This document shows positions 1 to 8,352 of a stretch of DNA of 24,212 nt, in pieces. Within the stretch, counting starts at the first letter, position 1; each line of letters opens with the position of its first letter. A model generated the notes under the pieces. It was not told the origin of the DNA. It saw only the letters and a program-made list of their open reading frames with translations, and searched no databases. Source of the stretch: a virus (lineage: Duplodnaviria > Caudoviricetes). Made by a program: the position numbers and the translations under genes. The stretch covers positions 1 through 24,212 of the IMG/VR virus record IMGVR_UViG_3300028114_000101; one strand, 5' to 3'.

Positions 1-513
1 ATCTTTTTTATTAATTAAATCTCTTACATTTCTCATTTCAATACGAGAGTCGCCCTTCATATTTGTGCCACGATTAAAAACAATAGAAACAATTGCGCCA
101 TAAGCATCATCGCAAAAATCAACCAATCCAGGAAATGCTCTTTCTGCCAACTTAGAAAACTTCGGCCAGGTTAAATTATTAAATATTTCAACAGCATTTT
201 CCCAATCAACAATTATTTTAGCTTCTTTTAGTTTTTTGGTATATTCCCTGCCAGCTTGACCCGTTTTGCCAGACGCACCACTAATTAAAAGTATTTGCTC
301 GTCACTTAAGAATTCAAAAATATCATGCAATTCTGATGGAGTATAATATCCGCAATCAACTCCAATGGCAATAGTTGCGCCACTTGCTCCACCAGGCCAG
401 GTAAAAGAGGAAAGAAACTTATCGTAATATTTTTTTCCCCCACCAACTTCATGATTAAGGATTAATTTTAAAGCTTCGGGAGAGGGTTGTCGTATAATCG
501 TCTTCTTTTGCAT
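1..513 (-). CDS. Pesticin-type (T4-lysozyme-like fold) muramidase / endolysin, 3'-truncated by the window edge
   Basis: Not in the ORF track. Manual translation from ATG at 513 is open to base 1: MQKKTIIRQPSPEALKLILNHEVGGGKKYYDKFLSSFTWPGGASGATIAIGVDCGYY...AYGAIVSIVFNRG... The E...WPGGASGxTIxIGxDxGY and SxVFNRG motifs are typical of pesticin C-terminal-like phage lysozymes. It lies directly downstream of the holin- and spanin-like genes. Confidence 0.85.
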   Translation of the reverse strand, partial: MQKKTIIRQPSPEALKLILNHEVGGGKKYYDKFLSSFTWPGGASGATIAIGVDCGYYTPSELHDIFEFLSDEQILLISGASGKTGQAGREYTKKLKEAKIIVDWENAVEIFNNLTWPKFSKLAERAFPGLVDFCDDAYGAIVSIVFNRGTNMKGDSRIEMRNVRDLINKKD

Positions 514-901
514 TGCTTGTTAATGTTTGATTAGAATTTTCGTTATATGTTTCTGACAAGTTGGACGAAGTAGAAGACGAATCATATTTCCAGTCCACCA
601 ATCCTTGAATTCCAACTAGGGTGGCCACTATGCTCGCAATAGCGACTATCATATCTTTGTACATACTAACTATCGCGGAAACATGAGGATCGGAATTGAA
701 AAAGAAAAGGAAAATCAATGAGGAAAAATACATGAACGCTATAATTCCAACAGCAACCATTGTCATTGCAAATTTTTTAGACGCCATATGATTAACGTCT
801 TTTAGTTTTGCAAGTTGATGCTTTTCAACATTTTTTGGAGCAATTCCGCTCCGAAGAAACCAAGTCGCGTGCTTAATATTGCCTAAAATTTGAGACAACA
901 T
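455..901 (-). CDS. Putative holin (two predicted TM segments)
   Basis: SKKF is followed by the hydrophobic run AMTMVAVGIIAFMYFSSLIFLFFF. A second run, MIVAIASIVATLVGIQGLVDW, precedes a polar tail. The gene is immediately upstream of and overlaps the endolysin. Confidence 0.6.
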   Translation of the reverse strand: MLSQILGNIKHATWFLRSGIAPKNVEKHQLAKLKDVNHMASKKFAMTMVAVGIIAFMYFSSLIFLFFFNSDPHVSAIVSMYKDMIVAIASIVATLVGIQGLVDWKYDSSSTSSNLSETYNENSNQTLTSNAKEDDYTTTLSRSFKINP

Positions 902-903
902 AT

Positions 904-1503
904 TTAAAGAATTCCTTTTATTCTAAGATAAATTCCAACCGCGATACTTCCCAATAAAGCAACAATAATTATATTTCTTTGAAGTATAGCCAAGTCTTTT
1001 TCGACAAGTTTTTTTTGCATCGAATTCAAATCACGAATCATCTTATTATTGTATTCAGACTGCTTGATTAATTCCTTATCTACCTCTTTTTTAGTTTCAA
1101 TTAACTGGGCGTTATCTTTTTCAATTTGCGCGTACGTCTCTTTATCTTTTAATAACTGCTGATACTCTTCTGAATTTACTATAACTAAAATATCATTTTT
1201 ATACTTCTCTGGCACAATTATAACTCTTTGCTTATTAATAACAGTTGGAATAACTTTAACACCACTCGCCGCGCCATCTGAGTTTTTCTTGTAAATGGAT
1301 TGCAAATCTACTCTATTCTTTGGCGGTTTTACTAGCCTTATTGATTCCGTGGAATACTTATCCGCTAAATCTATCCTAGCAGACTCCAAAGAATCTTTGG
1401 TAGCATATACAACTCTAGATAATGCTTCCGACTGTTTTTCCGTATAAATCGTGCAACCTGAAAAAATAAAAATTAAAAAAAATACTACAAAATTAATATT
1501 CAT
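904..1503 (-). CDS. Lipoprotein with C-terminal TM segment; candidate unimolecular spanin
   Basis: N-terminal hydrophobic signal ends in a lipobox-like FSG|C17. The central region is heptad-rich and charged. The C-terminal hydrophobic segment IIIVALLGSIAVGIYL is followed by RIK. Located in the lysis cluster. Confidence 0.6.
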   Translation of the reverse strand: MNINFVVFFLIFIFSGCTIYTEKQSEALSRVVYATKDSLESARIDLADKYSTESIRLVKPPKNRVDLQSIYKKNSDGAASGVKVIPTVINKQRVIIVPEKYKNDILVIVNSEEYQQLLKDKETYAQIEKDNAQLIETKKEVDKELIKQSEYNNKMIRDLNSMQKKLVEKDLAILQRNIIIVALLGSIAVGIYLRIKGIL

Positions 1504-1513
1504 TTTAAAGCGA

Positions 1514-1822
1514 CTAATTTGGTTTGGCTTTTTCTATTGTTCTAATTCTAGACTCATGATCCGCCAAAAGCATATCGTGTCTCTTATCTGTTTCGTAATT
1601 GGCTTCCATTCGTATCAATACTTCTTCTATTTTGCTGATTCTCCCACTGAGAACATCATTAGCCTCTTTAAATTCATCGCGCGAAACAAATTTTGTACCA
1701 AGAAAAGAAACTGACAAAAGCGCAAAAACTGTCAATAATTTTAAGCCAATATCGAAATATTTAACAAAATAAACATCTTTAATTTTCGACTTGTAGTTAA
1801 AATTTTCTTCTTCAGCTTTCAT
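1514..1822 (-). CDS. Single-TM coiled-coil membrane protein of the lysis cluster (holin/antiholin/spanin-accessory-like)
   Basis: One hydrophobic segment (IGLKLLTVFALLSVSFLG) followed by an amphipathic coiled coil ending DHESRIRTIEK. It is the first gene after a GTGTA motif. Confidence 0.5.
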   Translation of the reverse strand: MKAEEENFNYKSKIKDVYFVKYFDIGLKLLTVFALLSVSFLGTKFVSRDEFKEANDVLSGRISKIEEVLIRMEANYETDKRHDMLLADHESRIRTIEKAKPN

Positions 1823-1831
1823 ACTATTTAA

Positions 1832-1836
1832 TACAC
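1832..1836 (-). promoter_or_regulatory. GTGTA motif (candidate phage late promoter element) upstream of the lysis cassette
   Basis: Minus strand reads TTTGTGTA-TTAAATAGT-ATG(1822), a 9 nt spacer. One of six intergenic copies. Confidence 0.5.
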
Positions 1837-1862
1837 AAATTTTTTCTAAATTACGTTTTTAT

Positions 1863-2072
1863 TTATGTTTGATCATCTATTGTACTATTCAAATTGAGTC
1901 TTTTAATTTGGTTCTCACATTCTTGTTCAGTTCCTACAAACAACACGCTTTGAGTTGCGATTGATTGGTCTGTTTGTTCATACAAGATAATTAATTTATC
2001 GGCATATACCAATTTCCAGTTGCCTGTAGAGGCATCGTAAGACCAGCCATTTTCGTTAGGTGGAATTATCAT
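1863..2072 (-). CDS. Small hypothetical protein, probable partner/chaperone of the upstream PATR protein
   Basis: 69 aa. The ATGA overlap with 2069..2923 suggests translational coupling. Confidence 0.55.
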   Translation of the reverse strand: MIIPPNENGWSYDASTGNWKLVYADKLIILYEQTDQSIATQSVLFVGTEQECENQIKRLNLNSTIDDQT

Positions 2073-2923
2073 GGGACTGTGACTGCTAAAGTGGAAGTTG
2101 CGGAAGTATAGGTTGCCGTTGTTCCAACTGGAACACCCACCAAAGTTACTGATGCGTATGAATTAACTGTTGTCCCTTGGAAGAAGCGGAATGCCGTTAC
2201 TCCAGAGGGAGGAGCGACATCGAATGAAACTGTTAACGGAAATCCACCAGACTGAAATTGTGCAGTTGCCGTGGACGCACCAACAGTCTTTTTAACGCGG
2301 ATAAAACCTGCTTGTATATTTGTAAAACCCGTGTAAGTAAGCGTTCCGTAAAGGTTTAAAAAACCATTGCCCGCCTTGGTTAAATTTCCTGCTCCAGAAA
2401 TATTGCCCGAAATTGTTATTGTGTTTGCTCCTAAAGTGCGAAACTGTAGCGCTCCTGCGGTTAATACAAAATCGTTCGGCAAAGTTACAGCACCAGCAGA
2501 CTGGATCGTGCCTCCGACAACACTAACAAAAGTCCCAGTTCCAAAAGCATTTGACGAATTAAAGGTAATAGTTGACGCATTTTGAATTGTGCCTCCAGAA
2601 TAAGTGTTGCTTGCGCCAAGACTTAAAGTCGATGCCCCAGTCTTTGTAAGTTGTCCTAACCCGCTAATTACTCCATTAAGTGTCGAGAAATTTGTAATAG
2701 TAATTGATCCAGTATTGATTTGAGTCAGCCCAGTATGACTACAGTTTCCAGATAGTGTCAAAGTCCCTGATCCGTTTTTTTCAAGTCCAATTGCTCCAGT
2801 TATTGTCGAAGAGATTGTTGTTGCGGCATAGCACATGAACTGTAAAGCGCTTGGCGTCGAAGATATAATTGCTCTTACAGAAGTTGCCCCAACACTTGCC
2901 GCACTGGATTCAGTTAAAATCAT
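2069..2923 (-). CDS. Autotransporter-associated beta-strand repeat (PATR-like) protein; probable fibre tip/adhesin
   Basis: Three repeats match the LxKxGxGxLxLxGxNTYxGxTxxxxGxL consensus: GLEKNGSGTLTLSGNCSHTGLTQINTGSITI, GQLTKTGASTLSLGASNTYSGGTIQNASTITF and GNLTKAGNGFLNLYGTLTYTGFTNIQAGFIRV. No beta-barrel or signal peptide. ATGA overlap with the upstream fibre gene. Confidence 0.75.
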   Translation of the reverse strand: MILTESSAASVGATSVRAIISSTPSALQFMCYAATTISSTITGAIGLEKNGSGTLTLSGNCSHTGLTQINTGSITITNFSTLNGVISGLGQLTKTGASTLSLGASNTYSGGTIQNASTITFNSSNAFGTGTFVSVVGGTIQSAGAVTLPNDFVLTAGALQFRTLGANTITISGNISGAGNLTKAGNGFLNLYGTLTYTGFTNIQAGFIRVKKTVGASTATAQFQSGGFPLTVSFDVAPPSGVTAFRFFQGTTVNSYASVTLVGVPVGTTATYTSATSTLAVTVP

Positions 2924-4638
2924 CCGACGATTATATAAAGTGTTCCAGTTGCTGGAGTAACTATAGCATTATAACCAGACTGAGTTATTTGCAAAATATT
3001 GGCAAGTGAACTCGCGCCACTTAAACCCACAATATTAGAAGAAATAAATCCACTTGGATTACTATTAAGATAATAGTCTCCAGCTGTTTGTTTTTGATTA
3101 AGAGAAGACTCTAGACCAGAAACGTCAGAAATTTGCAAATATTTTCCAGACCACTGGCTTTCAATATTTTTAAATAAGAATTGACCAGTAGGCGAATTTT
3201 TTACATTAACATCATGCAATTCATCAAGCTCATAACCATTTTGAACTTTAACAAAAACTTCACCATTGTTATTTGTTCTAGTCACAACCCCAAGATAAAC
3301 TAAATGATTCGGAGCAACCGGTTTATTCGCTAATCCATAAATCAAATTGCCAGTTGGACCAAGCCATATTGGATCTCCAGCAGCGGCAGAACCAACATTA
3401 AAATTAGACAATAATCCATCAGTGATAACTGTGCCAAAAGCATTTACCGCTAAACTATCCTGGTATATTAAACCTAAAGTTTTTGAAGAAGAGGCTTCTC
3501 CAGTGTTTGAGGCGAGACCAACAAGAATATTTCCACCAGCCGCACCATTGATATAAACTGGCTGACCTTTATAAAGCGTTCCAGTATGATTATTTTTTAC
3601 GTTTACCTGAGCCGAATAAAGAACTCCGCTAATGATTGTATTATTTTGAACTTCGCCTTCTAACAGAATCCCAGTTCCATTGACAGTTGGTCTTTGAATA
3701 AAGTTTTTAACCCCACTGATATTTTGATCACCTGTAGTATAGACTAAATTCTCAATTCCGGTAATGAAGCCGCTAGGATTGTTTATTGAATAAGCTCCAA
3801 CTTCAGAAGCGGTTGGAAATATATGAATATGGTCTGCTCTTGCCGCGTAAATAGAAGACCCTTCCGAAGCTGAGCCTGACAATGTGGATATTAATCTTGC
3901 TGCCGCTTCTTTAGTGACCACGACCCCATTATTATATGACACATTCCAAGGATATTCACCGCCAGTAACAATTGCATTCCCGAATTCAACATATAGACCA
4001 TCACTATTTCTGTAAATATAATTCCACTTAAAAGCCTGACCAGCATAAGTATTCCCATAAGCCAATCCATAACTTATATCATCACTTGGAAAGGAGCCAT
4101 CACTGTATAAAATGCTCGATACTCTGTCAAGCGGCGGACCCATTGGCACACCGGCTTTTGCCGAAAGATCTGGAATACTTACATAATCTGGATTTGGCTG
4201 AAATACGCCAGTAATGAAACCGCTCGGGTTATTATTCGTATAGAAATTACTAGTATTAATGTCACCACTCAACATGAAAGGAATACTATTTACAAATGGA
4301 CGTTCACTAAAAAATACTGATCCTGAAATGTCAAGCGAAGCCTGCGGATATTCATTGTTTATTCCAATTCTTCCAGATTCCACATATAGTACGGCTGGAT
4401 TAGTGCCCGTTGACTTTATATATATATCGTTATTAAAAGTTTTGGCTCCGCTAATTGTTTGGTCACCAGTCGTATAAACTAAATTCTCAATACCAGTTAT
4501 GAAACCGCTAGGGTTACTTATTGGATAACCGCCTAAATTACCCAAAGCTCCTGTTGCTGTGGAAGCATTTGTACCGCCCCCATAAATACTTCGGACTCCG
4601 TTGGTTTCGACTGTTGTTCCGTTAAATTTTGTGTTCAT
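2920..4638 (-). CDS. Mosaic tail/head fibre protein (572 aa)
   Basis: Contains GGTNAxxAxGALxNLG, four NPSGFI motifs, a GRIGINNxxPxAxLDxSG fibre repeat, an ARADHIH motif, a KGQPVYI...LGVV...QNGYELDELHDV domain and a C-terminal ITQSGYNAI..TGTLYIIVG motif. All of these recur in phage fibre/decoration proteins. Confidence 0.7.
   Translation of the reverse strand: MNTKFNGTTVETNGVRSIYGGGTNASTATGALGNLGGYPISNPSGFITGIENLVYTTGDQTISGAKTFNNDIYIKSTGTNPAVLYVESGRIGINNEYPQASLDISGSVFFSERPFVNSIPFMLSGDINTSNFYTNNNPSGFITGVFQPNPDYVSIPDLSAKAGVPMGPPLDRVSSILYSDGSFPSDDISYGLAYGNTYAGQAFKWNYIYRNSDGLYVEFGNAIVTGGEYPWNVSYNNGVVVTKEAAARLISTLSGSASEGSSIYAARADHIHIFPTASEVGAYSINNPSGFITGIENLVYTTGDQNISGVKNFIQRPTVNGTGILLEGEVQNNTIISGVLYSAQVNVKNNHTGTLYKGQPVYINGAAGGNILVGLASNTGEASSSKTLGLIYQDSLAVNAFGTVITDGLLSNFNVGSAAAGDPIWLGPTGNLIYGLANKPVAPNHLVYLGVVTRTNNNGEVFVKVQNGYELDELHDVNVKNSPTGQFLFKNIESQWSGKYLQISDVSGLESSLNQKQTAGDYYLNSNPSGFISSNIVGLSGASSLANILQITQSGYNAIVTPATGTLYIIVG
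4453..4540. repeat. 88-bp perfect direct repeat, copy 1 (copy 2 at 6132..6219)
   Basis: aattgtttggtcaccagtcgtataaactaaattctcaataccagttatgaaaccgctagggttacttattggataaccgcctaaatta is identical at both sites. It encodes NLGGYPISNPSGFITGIENLVYTTGDQTI. Confidence 0.9.
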
Positions 4639-6317
4639 TCCGCTAATACCTCTCCGTTTATAATATCTCCGTTGCCGTCAATGCAGTTAATCATAATAGC
4701 CTTTCCTGTTGCTGGCGTGGATAATACCTGAAATGTTCCAGAAATGAGACGGCAGTTAGTAAGCGTACCGCTCACCGTTCCAACAACGTGCCCCTCTTGC
4801 GGACACGATCCAAAACTTCCCCAATCCCCAATGCAATTTACAAATGTACCACTAGCTTCGCCCCACTCTCCACCAAAACAATGATCTCCTCCAACGCAAT
4901 TAGTGAATCTACCAGTAGCTCTACCATAGTAGTTAGCACTAAAACCAAAACTACCTCTACCAGCGATACAATTTACAAATGTACCTCCCGCGAATACCTC
5001 AGATGTGTATGAATAGCCAAAACTATTATCGCCCCCAGAACAATTCTCAAATATCTGTAAGGGCTTACTTACGAGCGTGAACTGACCCACGGAATCACTA
5101 CCAGTTCTAAATGGCTGACTTCCAACTGAAATACCGCTTACACGCACATCGTCCGCATAAACATTTAGAGTATTACCTCCAATCAAAACCGCAGGCTTTT
5201 GTGTCTGCGCTCCAAGTCCGATTAAGTCAACAAACTCTGCGTCGATAGCAAGCTCGGCGGATAGCGTGTAATTGCCAGGAAAAATGATAAGACTTGCGCG
5301 ATTTGTTGCTGATAAAGCCGATCCGTTTGGCGTTAGTGCTTTTGCTGCTGTATATTTTGCCGCAAGATCATCTCCGGGCTGCGCTACAACATAAGAATTA
5401 GTTTGACTATAAACTATGTTATCTGCTTCAAGATGTTGGAATACTCCAGTAACACCGCTAATTATTCCTGTTGTTGTAACATCAATTACTTCATTTATAT
5501 ATGTTGTTCCAGAAACTGCAAAATTACCAAGAATAGTGACATCATTTGGAAATGTTTTAATACCGCTGATTGTTTGATCGCCAGTTGTATAAACCAAATT
5601 TTGAATTCCCGTAATGAAACCACTAGGATTATTATTTGGATAGAAATTTGATATGTCAATATCTCCGCTTAGCATTACTCCAGTAGTATTTACAATTGGG
5701 CGCTGACTAAACAATGCCAAACCTGAAACATCAAGTGACGCCTGTGGATTCTCATTATTTATGCCCACTGCGCCAGACAATACATACAAAGTGGAAAGAC
5801 CTAGCATCGATCCAACTTCTAAACCTTGTTCGAAAGTTTTTATCCCACTAATTGTTTGATTGCCAGTAGTGTAAACCAAATTTTGAATTCCCGTAATGAA
5901 ACCGCTAGGATTATTATTTGGATAGAAACTCAAACTATTAATATCGCCACTAAGCATGACACCAGTACCATTTACAGTTGGACGCTGGCTAAATAATACC
6001 GAACCAGAAACATCAAATGCCGCTTGCGGATCTTCATTATTAACGCCAACAAGTCCAGAGCCAACATATAAAGTAGAAATTCCGACTTGCAAACCCGCGT
6101 CTATTCCGTCTGAAAATATTTTTCTACCAGAAATTGTTTGGTCACCAGTCGTATAAACTAAATTCTCAATACCAGTTATGAAACCGCTAGGGTTACTTAT
6201 TGGATAACCGCCTAAATTAGCCAACGCCCCAATTGCAGAATCAGCATTGGTTCCGCCACCAGAAATCGCGCGGACGCCATTCGTTTCTACTGTAATTCCA
6301 TTAAATTTTTTATTCAT
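4635..6317 (-). CDS. Fibre protein with three NPSGFITG modules and a C-terminal Cys-ladder solenoid (4 coils)
   Basis: Start moved from 6350 to the ATG at 6317: MNKKFNGITVETNGVR parallels MNTKFNGTTVETNGVR of the neighbour and removes the overlap with the upstream gene. The C-terminal part has TNRASLIIFPG and FxNCxxGxxSFG repeats. Confidence 0.7.
   Translation of the reverse strand: MNKKFNGITVETNGVRAISGGGTNADSAIGALANLGGYPISNPSGFITGIENLVYTTGDQTISGRKIFSDGIDAGLQVGISTLYVGSGLVGVNNEDPQAAFDVSGSVLFSQRPTVNGTGVMLSGDINSLSFYPNNNPSGFITGIQNLVYTTGNQTISGIKTFEQGLEVGSMLGLSTLYVLSGAVGINNENPQASLDVSGLALFSQRPIVNTTGVMLSGDIDISNFYPNNNPSGFITGIQNLVYTTGDQTISGIKTFPNDVTILGNFAVSGTTYINEVIDVTTTGIISGVTGVFQHLEADNIVYSQTNSYVVAQPGDDLAAKYTAAKALTPNGSALSATNRASLIIFPGNYTLSAELAIDAEFVDLIGLGAQTQKPAVLIGGNTLNVYADDVRVSGISVGSQPFRTGSDSVGQFTLVSKPLQIFENCSGGDNSFGYSYTSEVFAGGTFVNCIAGRGSFGFSANYYGRATGRFTNCVGGDHCFGGEWGEASGTFVNCIGDWGSFGSCPQEGHVVGTVSGTLTNCRLISGTFQVLSTPATGKAIMINCIDGNGDIINGEVLAE
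5581..5930. repeat. Internal ~282-bp-period duplication within the 4635..6317 fibre gene
   Basis: taaaccaaattttgaattcccgtaatgaaacc(a/g)ctaggattattatttggatagaaa occurs at ~5590 and ~5872. Both copies encode FYPNNNPSGFITGIQNLVY. Confidence 0.8.
6132..6219. repeat. 88-bp perfect direct repeat, copy 2 (copy 1 at 4453..4540)
   Basis: Base-by-base identity with 4453..4540. The flanks on both sides are homologous but diverged. Confidence 0.9.
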
Positions 6318-6321
6318 ATTT

Positions 6322-6630
6322 TTAAAATCTAATTTGTTTGTGTTCCCCATTTAGGCGACAATTAATTATACCAATTTTGTTTGGTAGCAAAACATCTACA
6401 GAAATAAATTCCGCGCCTTCAATATTGTGCTGATCATACAGATCTTGCGCAACACTAGCGTCTTCAGCATCGGCCGAAGTAAACGATTCGGCGATTACGC
6501 GCTCTGAAAGACTTTTTCTATCCAAACGCTTGTCTTCATTAAAATTTTGAAGCAATGTTTTTTCTTCTTCGTTTAGTTCTATAGCGACTTTTTGTTTCCA
6601 CTGATTATTTAATAATGTTAGATTTTTCAT
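6322..6630 (-). CDS. Hypothetical protein (102 aa), possible fibre assembly partner
   Basis: The likely start is the ATG at 6630 (MKNLTLLNNQW...), 14 nt after the stop of 6645..8018, rather than 6693, which overlaps that gene. Ends GIINCRLNGEHKQIRF. Confidence 0.6.
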   Translation of the reverse strand: MKNLTLLNNQWKQKVAIELNEEEKTLLQNFNEDKRLDRKSLSERVIAESFTSADAEDASVAQDLYDQHNIEGAEFISVDVLLPNKIGIINCRLNGEHKQIRF

Positions 6631-6644
6631 ACTTCGTTGATCTT

Positions 6645-8018
6645 TTATTCGGAGGCTTCCCCTTCTATAATATTCCCGTTTCCATCCATGCAATTCACCA
6701 TTATTGCTGGACTTGGGCGCGGAAAAAAGGAAGGAGGGACTACTCGAACGGAAGGGGTAGGAAATTCTCCCCCAGTAACTCGGCAGTTAAAAAAAACGCC
6801 ATTTGCTGAAGAGTTATCGAGACCGAAGCTGACCGCCCCCGCCGTGCAGTTCATAAAGGTTCCACTTGCAAGACTGTAAAGCCCCCCAAAACTACCTGCT
6901 CCTGCCACGCAGTTTAGGAATTTTCCACTTGCTACACCGAAGTAGCCAGCAAAACTAGCCCCTCCTGCCGTGCAGTTCATAAAAGTTCCGCTTGCCCCGC
7001 CGCCGTATTGACCCGCGAAGCTATAATTCCCTGCCGTGCAGTTCGTAAATATTCCGGACGCTGCTCCATAGTCAGCCCACGCTCCGAAGCTGGTATTTCC
7101 GGCTACACAGTCTGTAAATGTTCCCGTTGCAAAACTTCCACCAAAACAGTAATTGCCCCCAGTGCAGTTAGTAAATGTCCCATTTGCAAGGCCATAACTC
7201 TGTCCGGCAAAGCTGTAATTTCCGGCTATACAGCCCGTAAATACCCCATTTACACCCCCATAAACACCAGCATTAAAACTACCATCGCCTGCTATACAAC
7301 TGATAAAAGTCCCGCTTATGTGTTCTTCGCGCCCAACATTAAAACTAGATTCCCCTCCAACACAATTTTCAAAAACTTGAAGTGGTTTATTTCCAGCGAT
7401 ATAAAACCTTTGTGTTCCAACGGAAATTCCGCTAATGCGAACATCGTCCGCAGTAACACTTAGAGTATTTCCACTAATTAAAACAACAGGTTTTTGCGTT
7501 TGCGCTCCCAGACCAATTACATCAATAAATTGCTCATCAATAGCAAGTTCAGCAGATAAAGTGTAAGTTCCAGGAAAAATGATAAGACTTGCGCGATTTG
7601 TAGAGGACTTAGCTGAACCGTTAGGTCTCAGTGCTTTTGCCGCTAAATATTTTGCCAATATATCATCTCCAGGCTGGACAACAACAGAAGAAGTAGTTTC
7701 GCTATATACTATATTGTCCGCCTCAAGATATTGAAAAACGCCTGTTACACCACTAATGACGCCCGTGGTTGTAACATCAATTACTTCATTTATAAAGGTT
7801 GTGCCAGAAACTGCAAAATTCCCAAGTATGGTGACGTTATTTGTAAAAGTTTTAATCCCGCTAATTGTTTGATCACCTGTAGTATAAACCAGATTTTCGA
7901 TTCCAGTTATGAAGCCGCTTGGGTTGCTTAGCGGATAAAACCCCGACGCGGCAACTGGAGTGTTATCTACCTGAGTAGAAATACTTCTTTCTATGCTAAG
8001 TATAGATTGGTTAATCAT
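6645..8018 (-). CDS. Fibre protein with one NPSGFITG module and a Cys-ladder solenoid (9 coils)
   Basis: YPLSNPSGFITGIENLVYTTGDQTISG, then STNRASLIIFPG, nine FxxCxxGxxxF repeats and a cap FFNCRV...MVNCMDGNGNII. Paralogous to 4635..6317 and 8446..9552. Confidence 0.7.
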   Translation of the reverse strand: MINQSILSIERSISTQVDNTPVAASGFYPLSNPSGFITGIENLVYTTGDQTISGIKTFTNNVTILGNFAVSGTTFINEVIDVTTTGVISGVTGVFQYLEADNIVYSETTSSVVVQPGDDILAKYLAAKALRPNGSAKSSTNRASLIIFPGTYTLSAELAIDEQFIDVIGLGAQTQKPVVLISGNTLSVTADDVRISGISVGTQRFYIAGNKPLQVFENCVGGESSFNVGREEHISGTFISCIAGDGSFNAGVYGGVNGVFTGCIAGNYSFAGQSYGLANGTFTNCTGGNYCFGGSFATGTFTDCVAGNTSFGAWADYGAASGIFTNCTAGNYSFAGQYGGGASGTFMNCTAGGASFAGYFGVASGKFLNCVAGAGSFGGLYSLASGTFMNCTAGAVSFGLDNSSANGVFFNCRVTGGEFPTPSVRVVPPSFFPRPSPAIMVNCMDGNGNIIEGEASE

Positions 8019-8030
8019 TTTATTTTTTAT

Positions 8031-8336
8031 TTAATTTTGAGCAGTTAAGCCAGCCCAGAATTTTCCATTCCCACTTGAAACGGCTCTAACTTCAGTCATT
8101 GGAGTTGTTAAATAAGTTGGCTCAGCATAACCAGTCGTAAGACCAGTAAAGCTGTAAAAGCTCACCCAACTATTTTCAAAAAATGGACTTTTGTATTGCA
8201 GAGTTACTGATCCATCTCCGCTTGCGTAAGTAGTGAATCCAACATTTCTTGCTCGCGCGATATTCACAGATTCACCAGTAAATGGAGCTTGTTCGCCAGT
8301 TAAAAGAAGTTTTGTTTGTATAAGAAAATGATCCAT
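8031..8336 (-). CDS. Small beta-rich hypothetical protein, probably virion-associated
   Basis: 101 aa, T/G/S/aromatic-rich. It heads the fibre gene run and is preceded by a GTGTA motif. Confidence 0.55.
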   Translation of the reverse strand: MDHFLIQTKLLLTGEQAPFTGESVNIARARNVGFTTYASGDGSVTLQYKSPFFENSWVSFYSFTGLTTGYAEPTYLTTPMTEVRAVSSGNGKFWAGLTAQN

Positions 8337-8347
8337 AATATGATTGT

Positions 8348-8352
8348 TACAC
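8348..8352 (-). promoter_or_regulatory. GTGTA motif upstream of the fibre operon
   Basis: Minus strand reads AAAGTGTA-ACAATCATATT-ATG(8336), an 11 nt spacer. Confidence 0.5.

Noticed and set aside
6800-7300. Locally elevated GC suggesting a horizontally acquired segment
   Set aside because: Largely explained by the Gly/Ala/Cys-rich repeat protein; third-position GC analysis is needed before claiming foreign origin.
2920-8018. Invertase/shufflon-type fibre switching
   Set aside because: All repeats are direct and all fibre genes are co-oriented; no recombinase gene or inverted crossover sites were seen.
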